A DNA stretch of 60,436 nucleotides, counting the filler, from Diploschistes diacapsis (taxonomy: Eukaryota), in assembly GCA_023645945.1 (NCBI GenBank). It is 7 parts of 7 records of this genome, joined end to end, with 100 filler letters (N's around TTAATTAATTAA, not from the genome) between each part and the next. Parts side by side here need not be neighbours in the genome. Positions count along the whole stretch, not along the records: positions 1 to 5,332 come from JALAIB010001567.1; positions 5,433 to 10,757 come from JALAIB010001568.1; positions 10,858 to 16,170 come from JALAIB010001569.1; 4 more parts are not named here. One strand, given 5' to 3'. The first letter of the stretch is position 1, and each line of letters opens with the position of its first letter. The position numbers and the translations under genes are program-made. Under the pieces are notes generated by a model. The model made no database searches, was not told where the DNA came from, and worked only from the letters and a program-made list of their open reading frames with translations. This document shows, piece by piece, positions 1 through 11,999 of the stretch.

Positions 1-613
1 GGGTGGTTGGCTAGAAAGGGGCCAAATGGGGTGTCAAGCTTTGTGGTATGGATGTGCGGTGATGGGGGGTTGGATTAGGCGCAGAGGATATGCAATGCTG
101 GCTATATAGACTCGGAGTCAAAGGAGTTTGGCGACAGAGCAGCTCGAACAGCCAGTTGGGGGTTTTGGGGAGCTCGGTCCCAACATTCTGGACTATTGGA
201 GCGGGAATGGTATAAAAGCAGGACGCGGCCATTGAACGCGAAACAAGACAGACGGCATTTGTTACTAAGCCGCTGTTAAGACGAAGTGCAAGGGCATCAA
301 GCTCGTTTTGCAAATTGATTTGAATTTTCGCTTCCTATCTACCTGATGCTGATACCCATGGCAGTTCTATGGTTTTCACGAGGATGCTGCCCTTCGTATC
401 CACCAGTCTTGCATCATGAACCAAGTTCGCTCGAGGATGCCCAATCCTAAGCTCAACTTCCCCTATTTTTTCAAAAGTTTTCAGGAACAACCGAGGAAGC
501 AAGGAGGATGCCGATACAACCTTGGGTGCTTCAAGAACTTGCAGGCAAGGTGAGGTGTCCGCCGTACACAGCTCCTGTCGAAAGTAAAAGAAAAAAACTA
601 CCGATCTCGATCG

Positions 614-3600
614 CTAATAGTTGAGCTCCCCACCAGCTCCTCCACCCCCGACGGCATCGAGGTCCTGATAGCTCTTCATCGTGCGTCCGGCAGTGGCCTC
701 GGTTGGCCCAATGCCCCGGGCACCTTGAGCACCATCGCCCCCAAACCCACCGCCCATCCCCGCCTTCATCATCATAGGCCCGGCACCACGGGGACTCAAG
801 CGCCCGGCATTGCTGTTGCGTCCGCCGCGACGATCGTACGGTCCAAAGCGGTTGTTCTGCATGCGGCCACCGCGACGCATGGGGCCAGGCTGGTGCAGTC
901 CCCCGTCTTCGCCCATGGCTTGCATACCCGGATTCCAGCCGGGGGGCACTTGCACTGCGTGGTTCCCAAAGTTGGGAAAGCCGGTAAAGCCGCCAGGAGA
1001 ACTGAATGCGCCAAAGGTAGCCATCTGAGGCATGTTGGCGAGATTGAAGCCACGCGGCGTTCCTGCTGTCATCATTGAGGTGTTGACGGGAAAGTGGCCG
1101 TTGCTGGTAGCGTCGGATCTGGAAGGCGCAATGTGGGACGGATCTAGGACATAGGTGTTTACAAGTTGCAACTACCCAACAATGTCAGTAACCGGAGTGA
1201 CAGGAAAGTTTACCATGGTTTCTTCACTTACCTCGCTCTTAATGTTGTCGTACCATTCCGTGTGACGCTTCTCGACGTGCTTGCGCCAAAAGGCGTCGCC
1301 CTTGAACAGCTTTGTGCACTCTAGGACTTTGCATCTAAACTTGGCCTCATCTTCCTGCTTGACATGCTTCTTCAGTTCATCGTTGACGGCTTCCTCAAGA
1401 GGCATGCCACCTAGCTTCTTCAAATCTGCGTTCTCTGGCTCGAGAATCTGGAGAATCTTGTCCTCGAAGGTCTTCACCCAGTTGAAGGCTCGCTGAAGTT
1501 GCTGGTCCGATTTCGATGCGCCACGGAAATTCATCTTCTTTTCCTCAAGTGGTGAAGACATCTGACCATCCTCGTTCATCGAGTCGCTACGCTGCTTTGG
1601 GAATGGCTTGCCAGCAGCACTGGCTCGAGCTGCGGCCTTTGCGGCCGTGGCGAGACTTGCGCGCGGTCTCCGCAAATGACCTCCAGGGCATTTTCGGATG
1701 AGCTCGTGGACAGAATCGCTCTCGAAGACGCAGAATAAGCAGAAGTTGTGCACACGCCGGAGATACTCGACGAGAAGGTCGAGTGTCTTCTTTTGGATCA
1801 ACAATTCTTCGTCATCAGTATCATCCTCGTCGACTGCGCCTTCTTCCTCATCTTCCTCTCCCTCGTCTTTATCATCTTCGTCCATTCTGTCATCGTCGAT
1901 CACAGCATCCCCGGCCTTTTTGCTTCCATTGGAGCCATTGACCTTGGCCTGAAGTACGCCATGATCGCGCAGCATTTCGACACGCTGTTCAACCTTAGCA
2001 ACGCCATCAGCCTCAGAACCGAGTTCCTTGTCCAATTTCTGGACTAGGCGCTTGGTCAGCGACAAATCGCGTTCGACGCGTTCGGGTGCGGAGAAGAGAT
2101 CCCAAAGAGCCTTCTTTCGAGGCTCTCTGGTAGGTACGTGGACACCAACATGGCAAACAAAATCACCACGCTCGGGGTCGACGATCGTCTTGGCGTTGAC
2201 GGCCTCAAGAGCCCTGTCGGCAGCTGTTGCCATGTTTGATGTTGTATCTACTGTTTCGATATTACGGGTCTCTCCGTCGAAGGGGTCGTTCTCCTCATCA
2301 CGGCCATCACTCCTATCAATAGGCATCTCAATGTTGGCATCGCCATTTAGCATGATCCAGCCAATGCGATGACACTTCTTTTGAGGATTCGGATCGCTGA
2401 GGCTTAGCCACTTGAATCCACCATCTCCCTCGCCGAGATGCTCTTTGGCGAAATCCTCGATCTTCTCTCTACTGACCGTCGGAGCCAGAGTCTTGATGAG
2501 TAGTGCGGGTTGCATCGCACTTTCGTCCCGGATTTCACCTCCAAGACTAGGTACAAGATCGCCCACCCCGAGAACCTCGGTTGCAGCCACCGTCTCTCCT
2601 TCCTCTCGTTCAATGACCCCCCCAGCCCCATTGCTCTCAGTCTTGTAGATGCCCTCGAGAGTGAAATTATCAAAGACGCCTGCTTCCAGGTCGTTCTCCC
2701 ATTGGCTCAAAGGTCCCTTGCGAAACATCATCAACTTCACCCGGAACGGGTCGCGGACATCTGGCACGTAGCGTTCCCTAAACCACTCTTCCTTTTTGTG
2801 TAATACGACAAAAGTCTTCGCCATTTTTGCTTGCAACTCTTCTTTATACGTGTCGTACGCAGCTTGGATCTTCCCTCTCTCCTTATCTCGTTCCTCTTTG
2901 GGATCTCCTCTCGCTTTCTCTGGCCTTCGCCCCGATTTTGCCCGCTCCTCATCCTCCTTAATTTGTTGATCTACGCGCCACCATTCGGCGAAGAAATTGA
3001 AGCCGACCTGGAAATCTAGGCTCATGGGGTTGGGCATGGGGTTCACTCGCGGTGCGGGAGGGGGTTGTTCTTGGCCTGGCACGTAGCGGTCAATGTTTGG
3101 TGGTGTTCCTGGCCTCCTGCGGTCATCTCGATCACGGTCCCGACGACCGGCGTCTCGAGGTCGGTCGTAGAAGTCATCGCGGTTGCGGTCGCTTGGGCGG
3201 TACTGGTCAATGTTGGGAGGGGGTGAGCGGGATCGATTGCGCGGGCCATGAGGGCCACGGCGATCTCGAGGACCTGTAGCCAATATGAGCTTATACGGTC
3301 CTGACATAACATATTTGGAGAATAGATGAACAGAGGAATGTAGGCGAAAACTTGCAAAGGGGTTAGATCCATCAAGGAGAATAAGCTGCTGTTGGCCGCT
3401 GAAGATTCGAGCTCTATCGTTTGGATATGACATGTAGAGCCCAGTGGATATCCCGATTCATGGAACATAATAAGAAACAGGTCGGAGGGGGAGACCATTC
3501 ATATGCAGACTGGACCAGACGCCGCAAAGTACAGTAGTAGAATGATGCAAATTGGAATGGTGAAGTTGCGCAACGCCGAAACGCAAGCCACGCAGCCAAG

Positions 3601-3710
3601 GGAAACCACCCCAGAAGAAATGTCTCATTCTTACCTGGAGACCTGCGCCGATAGCTATCTCGTTCTTGGTAAGAAGGCCTTTCAGGTTTCGAACCGTAAT
3701 CATCCTCCAT
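614..3710 (-). CDS. ARS2/SERRATE-family RNA effector (arsenite resistance protein 2 homolog), 3 coding exons: 3710-3635, 3273-1232, 1171-614
   Basis: RS/RD-rich N-terminus; HKKEEWFRERY motif; RRM-like segment (LLIKTLAPTV..HRIGWI); LDLLVEYLRRVHNFC; C2H2 finger CKVLECTKLFKGDAFWRKHVEKRH; C-terminal MKSYQDLDA. GT-AG introns 3634-3274 and 1231-1172 join the frames. Confidence 0.92.
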
Positions 3711-5148
3711 CTTTGACGTACCCTAGATAAGCAAGGTTGAGTCGCAGAGATGGTGGTTTATGCCGGATAAGAAGCGGGTGGGGATTGTAAAGGGTTTTAT
3801 CAGTAGATCCCGTGGTAGGTAGTCGTTTCGCATACCCCGATAGTATCCTCTTATACACCGATGGGCGTTTGCTCTCGTTGATCGATTGCGAGGGTAGATG
3901 ATTGCTGGAAGGTGGGAGCCGGAAAGAGAAGGAAGAGGACTGTTTGCCGCCATGTTTTCGCGTTAGAGAAGATTCTTGATATTATGGAAAGTATGCGCTG
4001 AAAGATTGAAAGCGAATGAAAGGAGAAGCAGAAGCAACAATGGGTAAAGTAGTGGGTTAAGGTCTCTTGATATTGGTCGGAGGGGAGAAGATAAGAGGGT
4101 AAGGCTCAGGCACAACAGCCCAAGGGATAATGAGATCTGGGTAGTAGGTAGATGAGGAGTATATCGTGACAAAGAACTCACGTTTGAGGAGATGCTCGAA
4201 CTCAATCCTTCCACCTCTCGAGGTAGGAGTGACTGATCGAAGCGACAGAAAAGTTTGAAATCATCCAGGCGGTCGCGCTGGAGGAGCTTTGATGCAACTC
4301 TCTGCTGGGCCTTGGCGCTGCCTTACGACTCTAGGCTGGTTCTGGTATAGCTCCATGTCAGCAGTGTTGGCGCATGTTGGCGCGCTTCTACCGTGCACCG
4401 GAATTAATCTGAGATTAAGTCCGACGCTGACAACCTCCCACCTCCCACCTCCCACCTCCTGTCACCAGCAGCAATCACTACGCAAACTTACAACAGATGT
4501 GTCTCCTCCCAACTTCTTGTGCTTGAACAAGTTGAAGGTATGTTATGTCTCATCTCCGCCGGCTCAGCTGAAACTAATCATCTAGCAGATCAGATCCCGG
4601 TAAGGACTGTGCTTCCTCGCTTCGAAAGCTGCCTCAATGGCCTGAACTCCCGTGCACAAAATCTCACTCGTTTTGCAGTTATTCTACGTAAGGATGAAAT
4701 AGATATGAAAGAAAAATAGAGGAGAGTGTTGGATTTATAAGAAAGGCTGGGGGTTGGGAGATTCACCTGCGCACATTCCCTGGAGTTTGTCCCCATGTCT
4801 TCCGACTTCGGAATCTGCACTATCGTGAATACCCGGTATCGTTTCAGAGAACACTATCTTTTTCAACGCGCTTAGAGCGGTTTTATAATGACCATGGTTC
4901 CCTTGGGAGAGGGCTGCATATTCCTACTTAATAGAAAAGTCTATCACGACAATACTCAACGGGAGTAGTTCGCGTCGAGATGTGCTCCCGGCGGACCTTG
5001 GTCTTTAAAATTATATGTTGGCCTAGGTGACTTCCAAGTCTTGGAGCGAAGCTGAAAAAAGTAGACGGGAGAAAAGCTTAGCCAGTTAATAATCCTGGTT
5101 TAATAGTTCGATGAAATCTCTTCAACTAACTTAACGTTAAGTTAACTA

Positions 5149-5332
5149 ACGTGTTTCACCACACAACGGATCACCCCACAAAGCGGCTCACAATCCCTAC
5201 ACCTTCGTAAAATGTAGTTGAAAACAGATTTAGTTTCGTACAAATAATTTTATACGTGGTTGTGATGCTCAAAAGCTCGCTTAAAACCATCTAGCGCATT
5301 TGCATTATAATGTAGTGAACCGCTTTGTGGGG
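5149..5332 (+). mobile_element. Fot1/pogo-type MITE, right end cut by the contig break
   Basis: TA then ACGTGTTTCACCACACAACGG..CCACAAAGCGG; the inverted CCGCTTTGTGGGG sits at the contig end; the internal sequence is homologous to 44322-44506. Confidence 0.8.
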
Positions 5333-5432
5333 NNNNNNNNNNNNNNNNNNNNNNNNNNNNNNNNNNNNNNNNNNNNTTAATTAATTAANNNNNNNNNNNN
5401 NNNNNNNNNNNNNNNNNNNNNNNNNNNNNNNN
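5333..5432. other. Artificial contig linker (N44-TTAATTAATTAA-N44)
   Basis: Identical 100-nt spacer with stop codons in all six frames, present six times in the window. Confidence 0.99.
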
Positions 5433-5867
5433 GGGTGAGAGGGGGTGATGCAGGATGGAGGAGGGAAGAGAGAGTGTGAAGCGGGGAAGGTGGGAAGGTT
5501 GAAAGGAGGGGTACAGGGTGGAGGATGGAGGACAGAGGATAAGTTGGGGGTTGTGAATAGTGAGCTGGAAAGGAAGGGATTGGATGGGATTGGATGGGAT
5601 GGATGATGGTTTCCCGGAGAGGTTGCTGGAAAAGGTTGAAGGATGGGGCATATGGAAGGGGCAATGGCTATTTTCCTGGGCAGCACTTGCAAGGCAGTTT
5701 CAGAGGGCCATGCAGGCTGAAACAAAACAGAAGCATGTGGTTTATGAATCAAATAGTAATGTGAACGATTAAGTGCCTTCATTCTCTGCGTGCTACCAAT
5801 GCGCCGCTGGGAGCGACTGTAAATTAGTCAATCGAATCAGATGCGCTAAAGTCCTGCCTACAGCTTC

Positions 5868-8300
5868 CTACCACTCCAAGGGCTCCGTCAATTCTTGGCC
5901 TCTGTTGGTCGTAGGCAAAGGCACAGCATCCACCTTGACCGGACCGTCCCGTTTTCCCCGCTTCAGGTATCCAATGTCACCTATCCATGGTGTCTCGCGT
6001 GCCATCCTCTCTTCGTATCTCCGGATCTTGTCCTCCATCTGCATAGTCAGACCGATATCGTCGTAGCCGTTGACCAAGCAGTGCTTCCTGAACTCCTCAA
6101 CGTCAAAATCAGCGAGTTTGTTGCCAGTTGCATCTCTGATCTGCTGGTTCGGCAGGTCGACTTCGATCTCCTTTCCTTCACGGGCTTCTTCCGCAATTCT
6201 CTCGATCGCTGTTTGGTCTTCGATAGCGATCGGAAGCATGCCATTCTTGAACGTGTTGTTGAAGAAGATGTCGGCATAACTTGGCGCGATAATGCACTTG
6301 ATACCAAAGTCGAGCAATGCCCAGGGCGCGTGCTCGCGAGAGCTGCCGCACCCAAAGTTTGGGCCTGTCACGACCAGGATCTTGGTGTTGCGGTAAGGCT
6401 CCTGGTTGAGAACAAAGTCCTTGTTCTCCGAGCCATCCTCGTTGTACCGTAGCGGATGAAATAATGCAGACCCGAGCCCGGAACGCTTAATTGTTTTCAG
6501 GAACTGCTTGGGAATAATGGCATCGGTATCGACATTGGACTTGTCCATCGGAGCAGCGATGCCCTTCCAGATCGTGAACTTGGGAAGGCCACCCGAGGCC
6601 AATGGTGCTCTCTTCACTTCATTCACGGCTGATTGTTCGCCATCGAGCGGCTGGTCCGCAACATTCTCCGCATCCGACTCTGTATCCATATCTGCAACTT
6701 CAGCGACCAGATCGACTTTGGGCGCTCCTTTGACTGGATTGATGCCGCTATCGGCCAATTTACGGACGTCTGCGAGCTTTCCGGCCAATGCTGCAGCTGC
6801 AGCCATAACCGGTGACATCAAGTGTGTCCGTCCAAGAGCACCCTGTCGGCCCTCAAAGTTCCGGTTCGAGGTACTCGCGCACCGTTCGCGTGGCGACAAA
6901 ATATCTGGGTTCATGCCAAGGCACATTGAACAGCCAGCTTCTCGCCATTCGAACCCGGCGTTGATGAATACTTTATCCAACCCTTCTTCCTCAGCTCGCT
7001 CCTTGACGAGGCCGGACCCAGGAACGATCATTGCTCTCTTGAGGTTAGGAGCAATCTTCTTCCCTTCGACAACCTTGGCTGCTGCTCTGAGATCCTCCAT
7101 CCGCGCGTTAGTGCATGAACCGATGAAGATCTTGTCAAGAACAATGTCCTCCATCTTCGTTCCAGGAGTGAGGCCCATGTACTCCAGTGCCCGCTTGGCG
7201 CTGTCCTTCTTGGCCTGCGTATCAAAGTCGTCTGGGCTTGGCACGACACCGGTGATAGGTACAACGTCCTGCGGCGAGGTTCCCCATGATACTGTCGGAA
7301 CAATATCATTGGTGTCGACCAGTACGTCTTTGTCGTATTTGGCGCCTGGGTCTGACCTGAGAGCTGACCAGTACCTGACTGCGCGGTCCCATTCGGGAGT
7401 TCCGGCTTTGGGAGCCAGGGGTCTACCCTTCAAGTACTCGAACGTGATCTCGTCGGGGGCAATCATTCCAGCTCTTGCCCCAGCTTCGATAGACATGTTG
7501 CATATTGACATTCTCGCTTCCATACTGAGACCTTCGATAGCCGAGCCGCAGAATTCAATGACAGCACCATTACCACCAGCAGTGCCAATAATCCCGATTA
7601 CGTGGAGGATTATGTCTTTGCTGCTCACGCCGTGTGCCAGTTGCCCCTCGACTTTGACTCTCATATTCTTGCTCCGCTTCGTGATAATGGTCTGTGTAGC
7701 AAGCACGTGCTCCACTTCGCTTGTCCCGATGCCAAATGCCAAGGAGCCGAAGGCGCCATGAGTGGAGGTGTGACTGTCACCACATACGACTGTTGTTCCC
7801 GGAAGAGTGAAGCCTTGCTCAGGGCCAATGATGTGGACTATACCTTGTCTCTTGTCTCCGAGGCCAAAATAGGTCAGACCAAAGGCTTTGACATTATCTT
7901 CAAGAGTGACGCATTGCGTGCGTGAATCGTCTTCTTCAACGAACTGTGCAACATTTTTGAAGTTTTTTCTCGGCGTCGTGGGAACATTCTATATGAGCTT
8001 GAGCGGGAGCTATGAATATAGCCGGAGTTCCTGCACGCACATGGTCGGTTGTGGCAAGAGTACAATCAGGTCGGCGGACTTTGCGGCCAGCATTCCTGAG
8101 GCCTTCAAATGCTTGCTACACCACACTTAGCTTCTCTAGTGTTATTGTAGACACTTTCAGCTTCCTACCGGAGAGGTGACCTCGTGCACCAAGTGCCTGT
8201 CGATGTATATCAGGATAGTCCCGTCTGGCTGCTCGTTGACAATGTGACTCTCCAGGACCTTATCATACAGCGTCTGAGGCCCCTTTACTAACCCAGGCAT
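5868..8300 (-). CDS. leu1: 3-isopropylmalate dehydratase (fused large and small subunits); exons 8300-8170, 8115-8041, 7988-5868
   Basis: [91 protein letters not shown]; canonical introns. Confidence 0.98.
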
Positions 8301-8548
8301 TTTGGTCGACAATAATAAAAAACAGATTAGTGCACAGACAGTTACAGAGGAACACAACGCCTCTCCTCTCGACCGGTAAGAACAGAGAGGATCAATTCAA
8401 AGACTCTTGATGCAAACACAAGAGAAAGGCAGGACCGTCCCTTTAGCTATATGTACATTCTGCAATGCTAGCCTTCAGTGAATACAAAGTCGAGCTGTCT
8501 ATGTGTGTGTTTATAATATAATATATAATTGGGTCCTAAGAGATCGCT

Positions 8549-8558
8549 CCGATCTCGG
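8549..8558. promoter_or_regulatory. Putative Leu3/LeuB binding site CCG-N4-CGG (CCGATCTCGG)
   Basis: Matches the Leu3/LeuB everted-repeat consensus; about 250 nt upstream of the leu1 ATG. Confidence 0.6.
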
Positions 8559-8709
8559 CGTCGTTCCCAAAGAACGGATTATCCCCTTATTCCGCTTAAC
8601 CGAGCCAGCTGCCAGTGCGGGGCATAAGACGGTTAAGATGCTTGCATGCAGCTGATCCGATTTGATTTGCGGGGGTATGAAAAGGCTTAGGCTCGGTGTA
8701 TTATGCAGC

Positions 8710-8909
8710 CTGGCCTAATTCTAAATTCTAAGACGGTTAGTCAATCAAGATTTCGGGGGAAACAGGGAAACAATGCTTTGTGTGGGAAAATTGTGGTGTG
8801 GCTTAGCCGGTGTGGCTTATGTGGCTATGTTTGTTGTGTGTGGCTGGTTTTCTTCCAAAGCCCAGGGAGTTTTTACGGCAAACAATTGTGTACAAAGCTA
8901 TGAGGGTAA
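8710..8909 (+). repeat. Dispersed repeat, homologous to about 44805-45031 (3' body of a putative SINE-like element)
   Basis: Shared blocks TGGCCTAAT, TGTGTGTGGCTGGTTTT..TTCCAAAGCCCAGGG..AGTTTT.ACGGCAAA, GTGTACAAAG.CTA..AGGGTAA. Confidence 0.75.
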
Positions 8910-9137
8910 TATATTGCTTCCCTTCTACATCATTCACAGGCAGATGCATCCTTGCCGCTACCTACATATCACTTCGCTTGAAGATTCACTTTGTTCTATT
9001 ATCCTTCGTTATATATGGCTACCTTTCCTGTAGACTTCCTGGAATTAATCATGACGGAGAGGGCTGAGCGCTTCGACGTCACGCTTGTCCAGCCCTATCA
9101 AATAATTAGCACTCGATTGTATCTTTGTGTTGAAACT

Positions 9138-10333
9138 TTACCCACCATTAGAGGTATGAAGTGCAGTCGCGTTCGTCCCAACAAGCGGTTTGAGGGAGTT
9201 CATGATACTGGCTGTGCTGTGTGTTGCAGGCGCATCGTAGTCGACGGTAAAAACGCTGACCGAGCTCTGGCAGCCTGCGTTGACCGCCGATGTCTCGCCA
9301 GGGAGGCTGCAGTTGCCGTTGATGCACGCGTTGACTCCAGATCCCAGAATATTTGCGTAGCTGAAGGTTCCACTAGTGGCGTTGAATACTGCCTCGTCCG
9401 TAAAAGCGCCTCCCGTCAAGCGGGTTTGGAAGAATTTGGGGGCTATGCAGGAGGCGTTGGTGAGACTCGTGATAGATGGATAGTTAACATTGAGGCCGTA
9501 TGCCAGGGGTAGAAGCGGCTGCCCCTTCTTCGTATTCTTGGCGAGCTGGTTGACAAGGCTCGTTGACAAATTCGCGTAAACGACAGCAGGATCGGGGTAG
9601 CCAGTTACTGTGGTCTGGTTAATCTGGAGGTAACTGCGCTGGCCGTACAGACTGCCTCCTGAGAAGGCCTGTGCAGTCAGCAGGCCGCCCACCACGATTA
9701 GAAAACTAGGTAGCTCACAATGCCAGGAATACCACGTCCCACAGCCGCATACGTTCCGGCAATTGTACCCGACAAGGTATACAGGAAAGGTCCGAGATTT
9801 GTCCCGACGTTCGGTCCTCCTACATAGAGGTCTGGAACGCTCCCGTTGCCCCAGATTTTGGGGACCACATAATCTAGGCCGACAAAAGTACAAGCAGCAG
9901 GCGTTCTAGAAGGAGCTTATGAGAACAGTATACAAGATATTAGTGGCGATTAACCCACCCATTATCTGCTACCTATTAGCTACAAGGTTATACAAGGGCA
10001 GTCTAGTTGAAGGACGCAACACTTACAGTACCAGATGTGACTGTCGCTAGGATCGGCAGCAATAGACGGTGCTCCAGCCGCGACCAAGTCGTATTCGCCT
10101 TCGCTCTGCAGCGTTGAGTATGTGGTAAAGACAGATCTTCCACCTTGGCCGCTATTGTCCACGACGGGTGCTACCAGAACGACGTCGTGACCAGACGCCT
10201 TGAGCGAACCGTAAAAGGCGCGAATATTAGCCGAACCATAACCATCATCATTGCCGAGCAGGATCTTCAAGCCTTGCGAGATCGGGTATACAGTAAGAGC
10301 TGCGAGAGCGCCGTAGAGTAAGCTGCAACGCAT
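9138..10333 (-). CDS. Secreted SurE-family 5'/3'-nucleotidase / acid phosphatase; exons 10333-10027, 9965-9959, 9905-9719, 9668-9138
   Basis: Signal-peptide-like N-terminus; ILLGNDDG and DNSGQG motifs; spliced WYYNGTPAAC; GIPGI|AFSGG; LNVNYP. Confidence 0.9.
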
Positions 10334-10757
10334 CGTGAACTCGGAATATCAGTTGAAAGGGAACCTGCACCACGCGCAAATTGATGATTGTAAAAACGTG
10401 CTGCAAGGGGAGCTTTTAAATACCTACCTAATCCATACAGTACCTATGACTGCATGGACGGTGCCTTGACCAAGCTCCCCAGCAACGTGAGCTCCATGAA
10501 TGGTGACATTGGCATGCAAAAGTCTCTAGGGGCTGCTGCAACCTTGGGTGAAGCTCACGCTGGCGAGACATCGATAAATAGATCGGAAATTGACGTGGTT
10601 GGTATACAGTCACGTGCCAAAAGTAATGGTCCCTACCTAAATTATAGTAGACATCACCAACTTTGGAGATGCGATGCGCACCCAAATAATGTCCTACAAA
10701 TGCGCTTTTTAGATCATTTTGATGCCTTTTATTCGTAGTATCTATTAATACTTTGTT

Positions 10758-10857
10758 NNNNNNNNNNNNNNNNNNNNNNNNNNNNNNNNNNNNNNNNNNN
10801 NTTAATTAATTAANNNNNNNNNNNNNNNNNNNNNNNNNNNNNNNNNNNNNNNNNNNN
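10758..10857. other. Artificial contig linker
   Basis: N44-TTAATTAATTAA-N44. Confidence 0.99.
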
Positions 10858-11999
10858 TTATTTAAGTTGTATTTATAATAAACGAGAATTTTAATACGAA
10901 TTATTAAGAGTTTATTAAAGAAAGGACGAGCCTGGTTGTTTTAGAAAGGTCGAATGGGGAAGACCGTGTTATTTTAACGTGCTTGAAGGATTATTTAATT
11001 GGATAAGTAGTTAAGCTAGCTTAGCGTGTAGGTTAAGGAATTTATGTGGGATTGAAAGGAATTGTTAAAAGAGACGTATCGAAGAATAGTTAAAGATGTT
11101 TAAACGTTTTTTTAAGTGATCGCGTTTAAGTTCTGAATTAAACGAATATCTTTTTAATTAATTTTAATTCGTGTATTGATTTGATTTATTTTAAAATCGA
11201 ATATAGCTGTCTTTCAAAATATTCTAGCCACTTCTGCTACTATCAGACCTATTAATCGCACCCGTAAAGGGCATCGCTCCTCTCAGGCCGGGACGTGGGC
11301 CGAGGACGATGCTAGCTACGGCCCGACATTCGGTTCGGTCTTACGCAGTATAAGAAAACTCGCATCCGGCGGTGTATTCTTTATTGCGATTATACTGGCG
11401 TGCGGGCGCATTTGGGGCCTGAAATTGACTGTGGTTATCGTTGTGGCACTGGCTTACTACTGCGTTATCATATTCTTGAATAGCAAGCGGGGTGGATTCT
11501 TTTTATGGTAAGCTAAGTCTCTGCTGCGTTGAAAGATAATCATGATTAATGTATGGAACTATTATTAGGCTGGGATAGGTTTGAAGATTTTGGAGGAGAA
11601 CTAAAGCGACGTGGGTCTGAAGGAGACGAGGCTAAGACGTTCAGTCTCGGAACGACCAAGTTTAATAATTTCCGATTATTGCTCGTTTGGGTTTGTTTTG
11701 GTTATTTTATTATGAATAAATGGATCAATGTTATCGTAATTTTGGATCGATAGGGTAATTTAGAGCGACGTTAGACTGAATTGAAGCTATTTATTGAATT
11801 ACTTTGTGCCGAATTTTGTAACTATAAGAAAAATCTTTCTGTTGATTAATTAAAACCTTTAAAACCTTACGATTAAAAGATATCTTGTTTCGGCTAATAT
11901 TATAATAAGACGTCGTTTGGCTGCGATATCTATAGTAATTTAAAAGGAACTTATTTGCTAGCTACGATGCTTTAGTGTTTTGAATAATAGTTTATCGTG

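Noticed and set aside
4720..5060. Structured ncRNA (RNase P/MRP, snRNA)
   Set aside because: I could not find the conserved boxes by eye; an Rfam scan is needed.
5333..5432. Recurring palindrome TTAATTAATTAA as a biological repeat or CRISPR-like array
   Set aside because: It always sits inside N-runs of fixed length; it is a six-frame-stop assembly linker.
5433..5700. G/purine-rich tract (similar tracts at 1-100, 55300-55740 and 60300-60436) as telomere or functional G-quadruplex array
   Set aside because: There is no regular TTAGGG repeat; these are low-complexity tracts near contig ends, more likely causes of assembly breaks.
6508..7761. 417-aa plus-strand ORF
   Set aside because: Antisense shadow of leu1 with no recognisable motifs.
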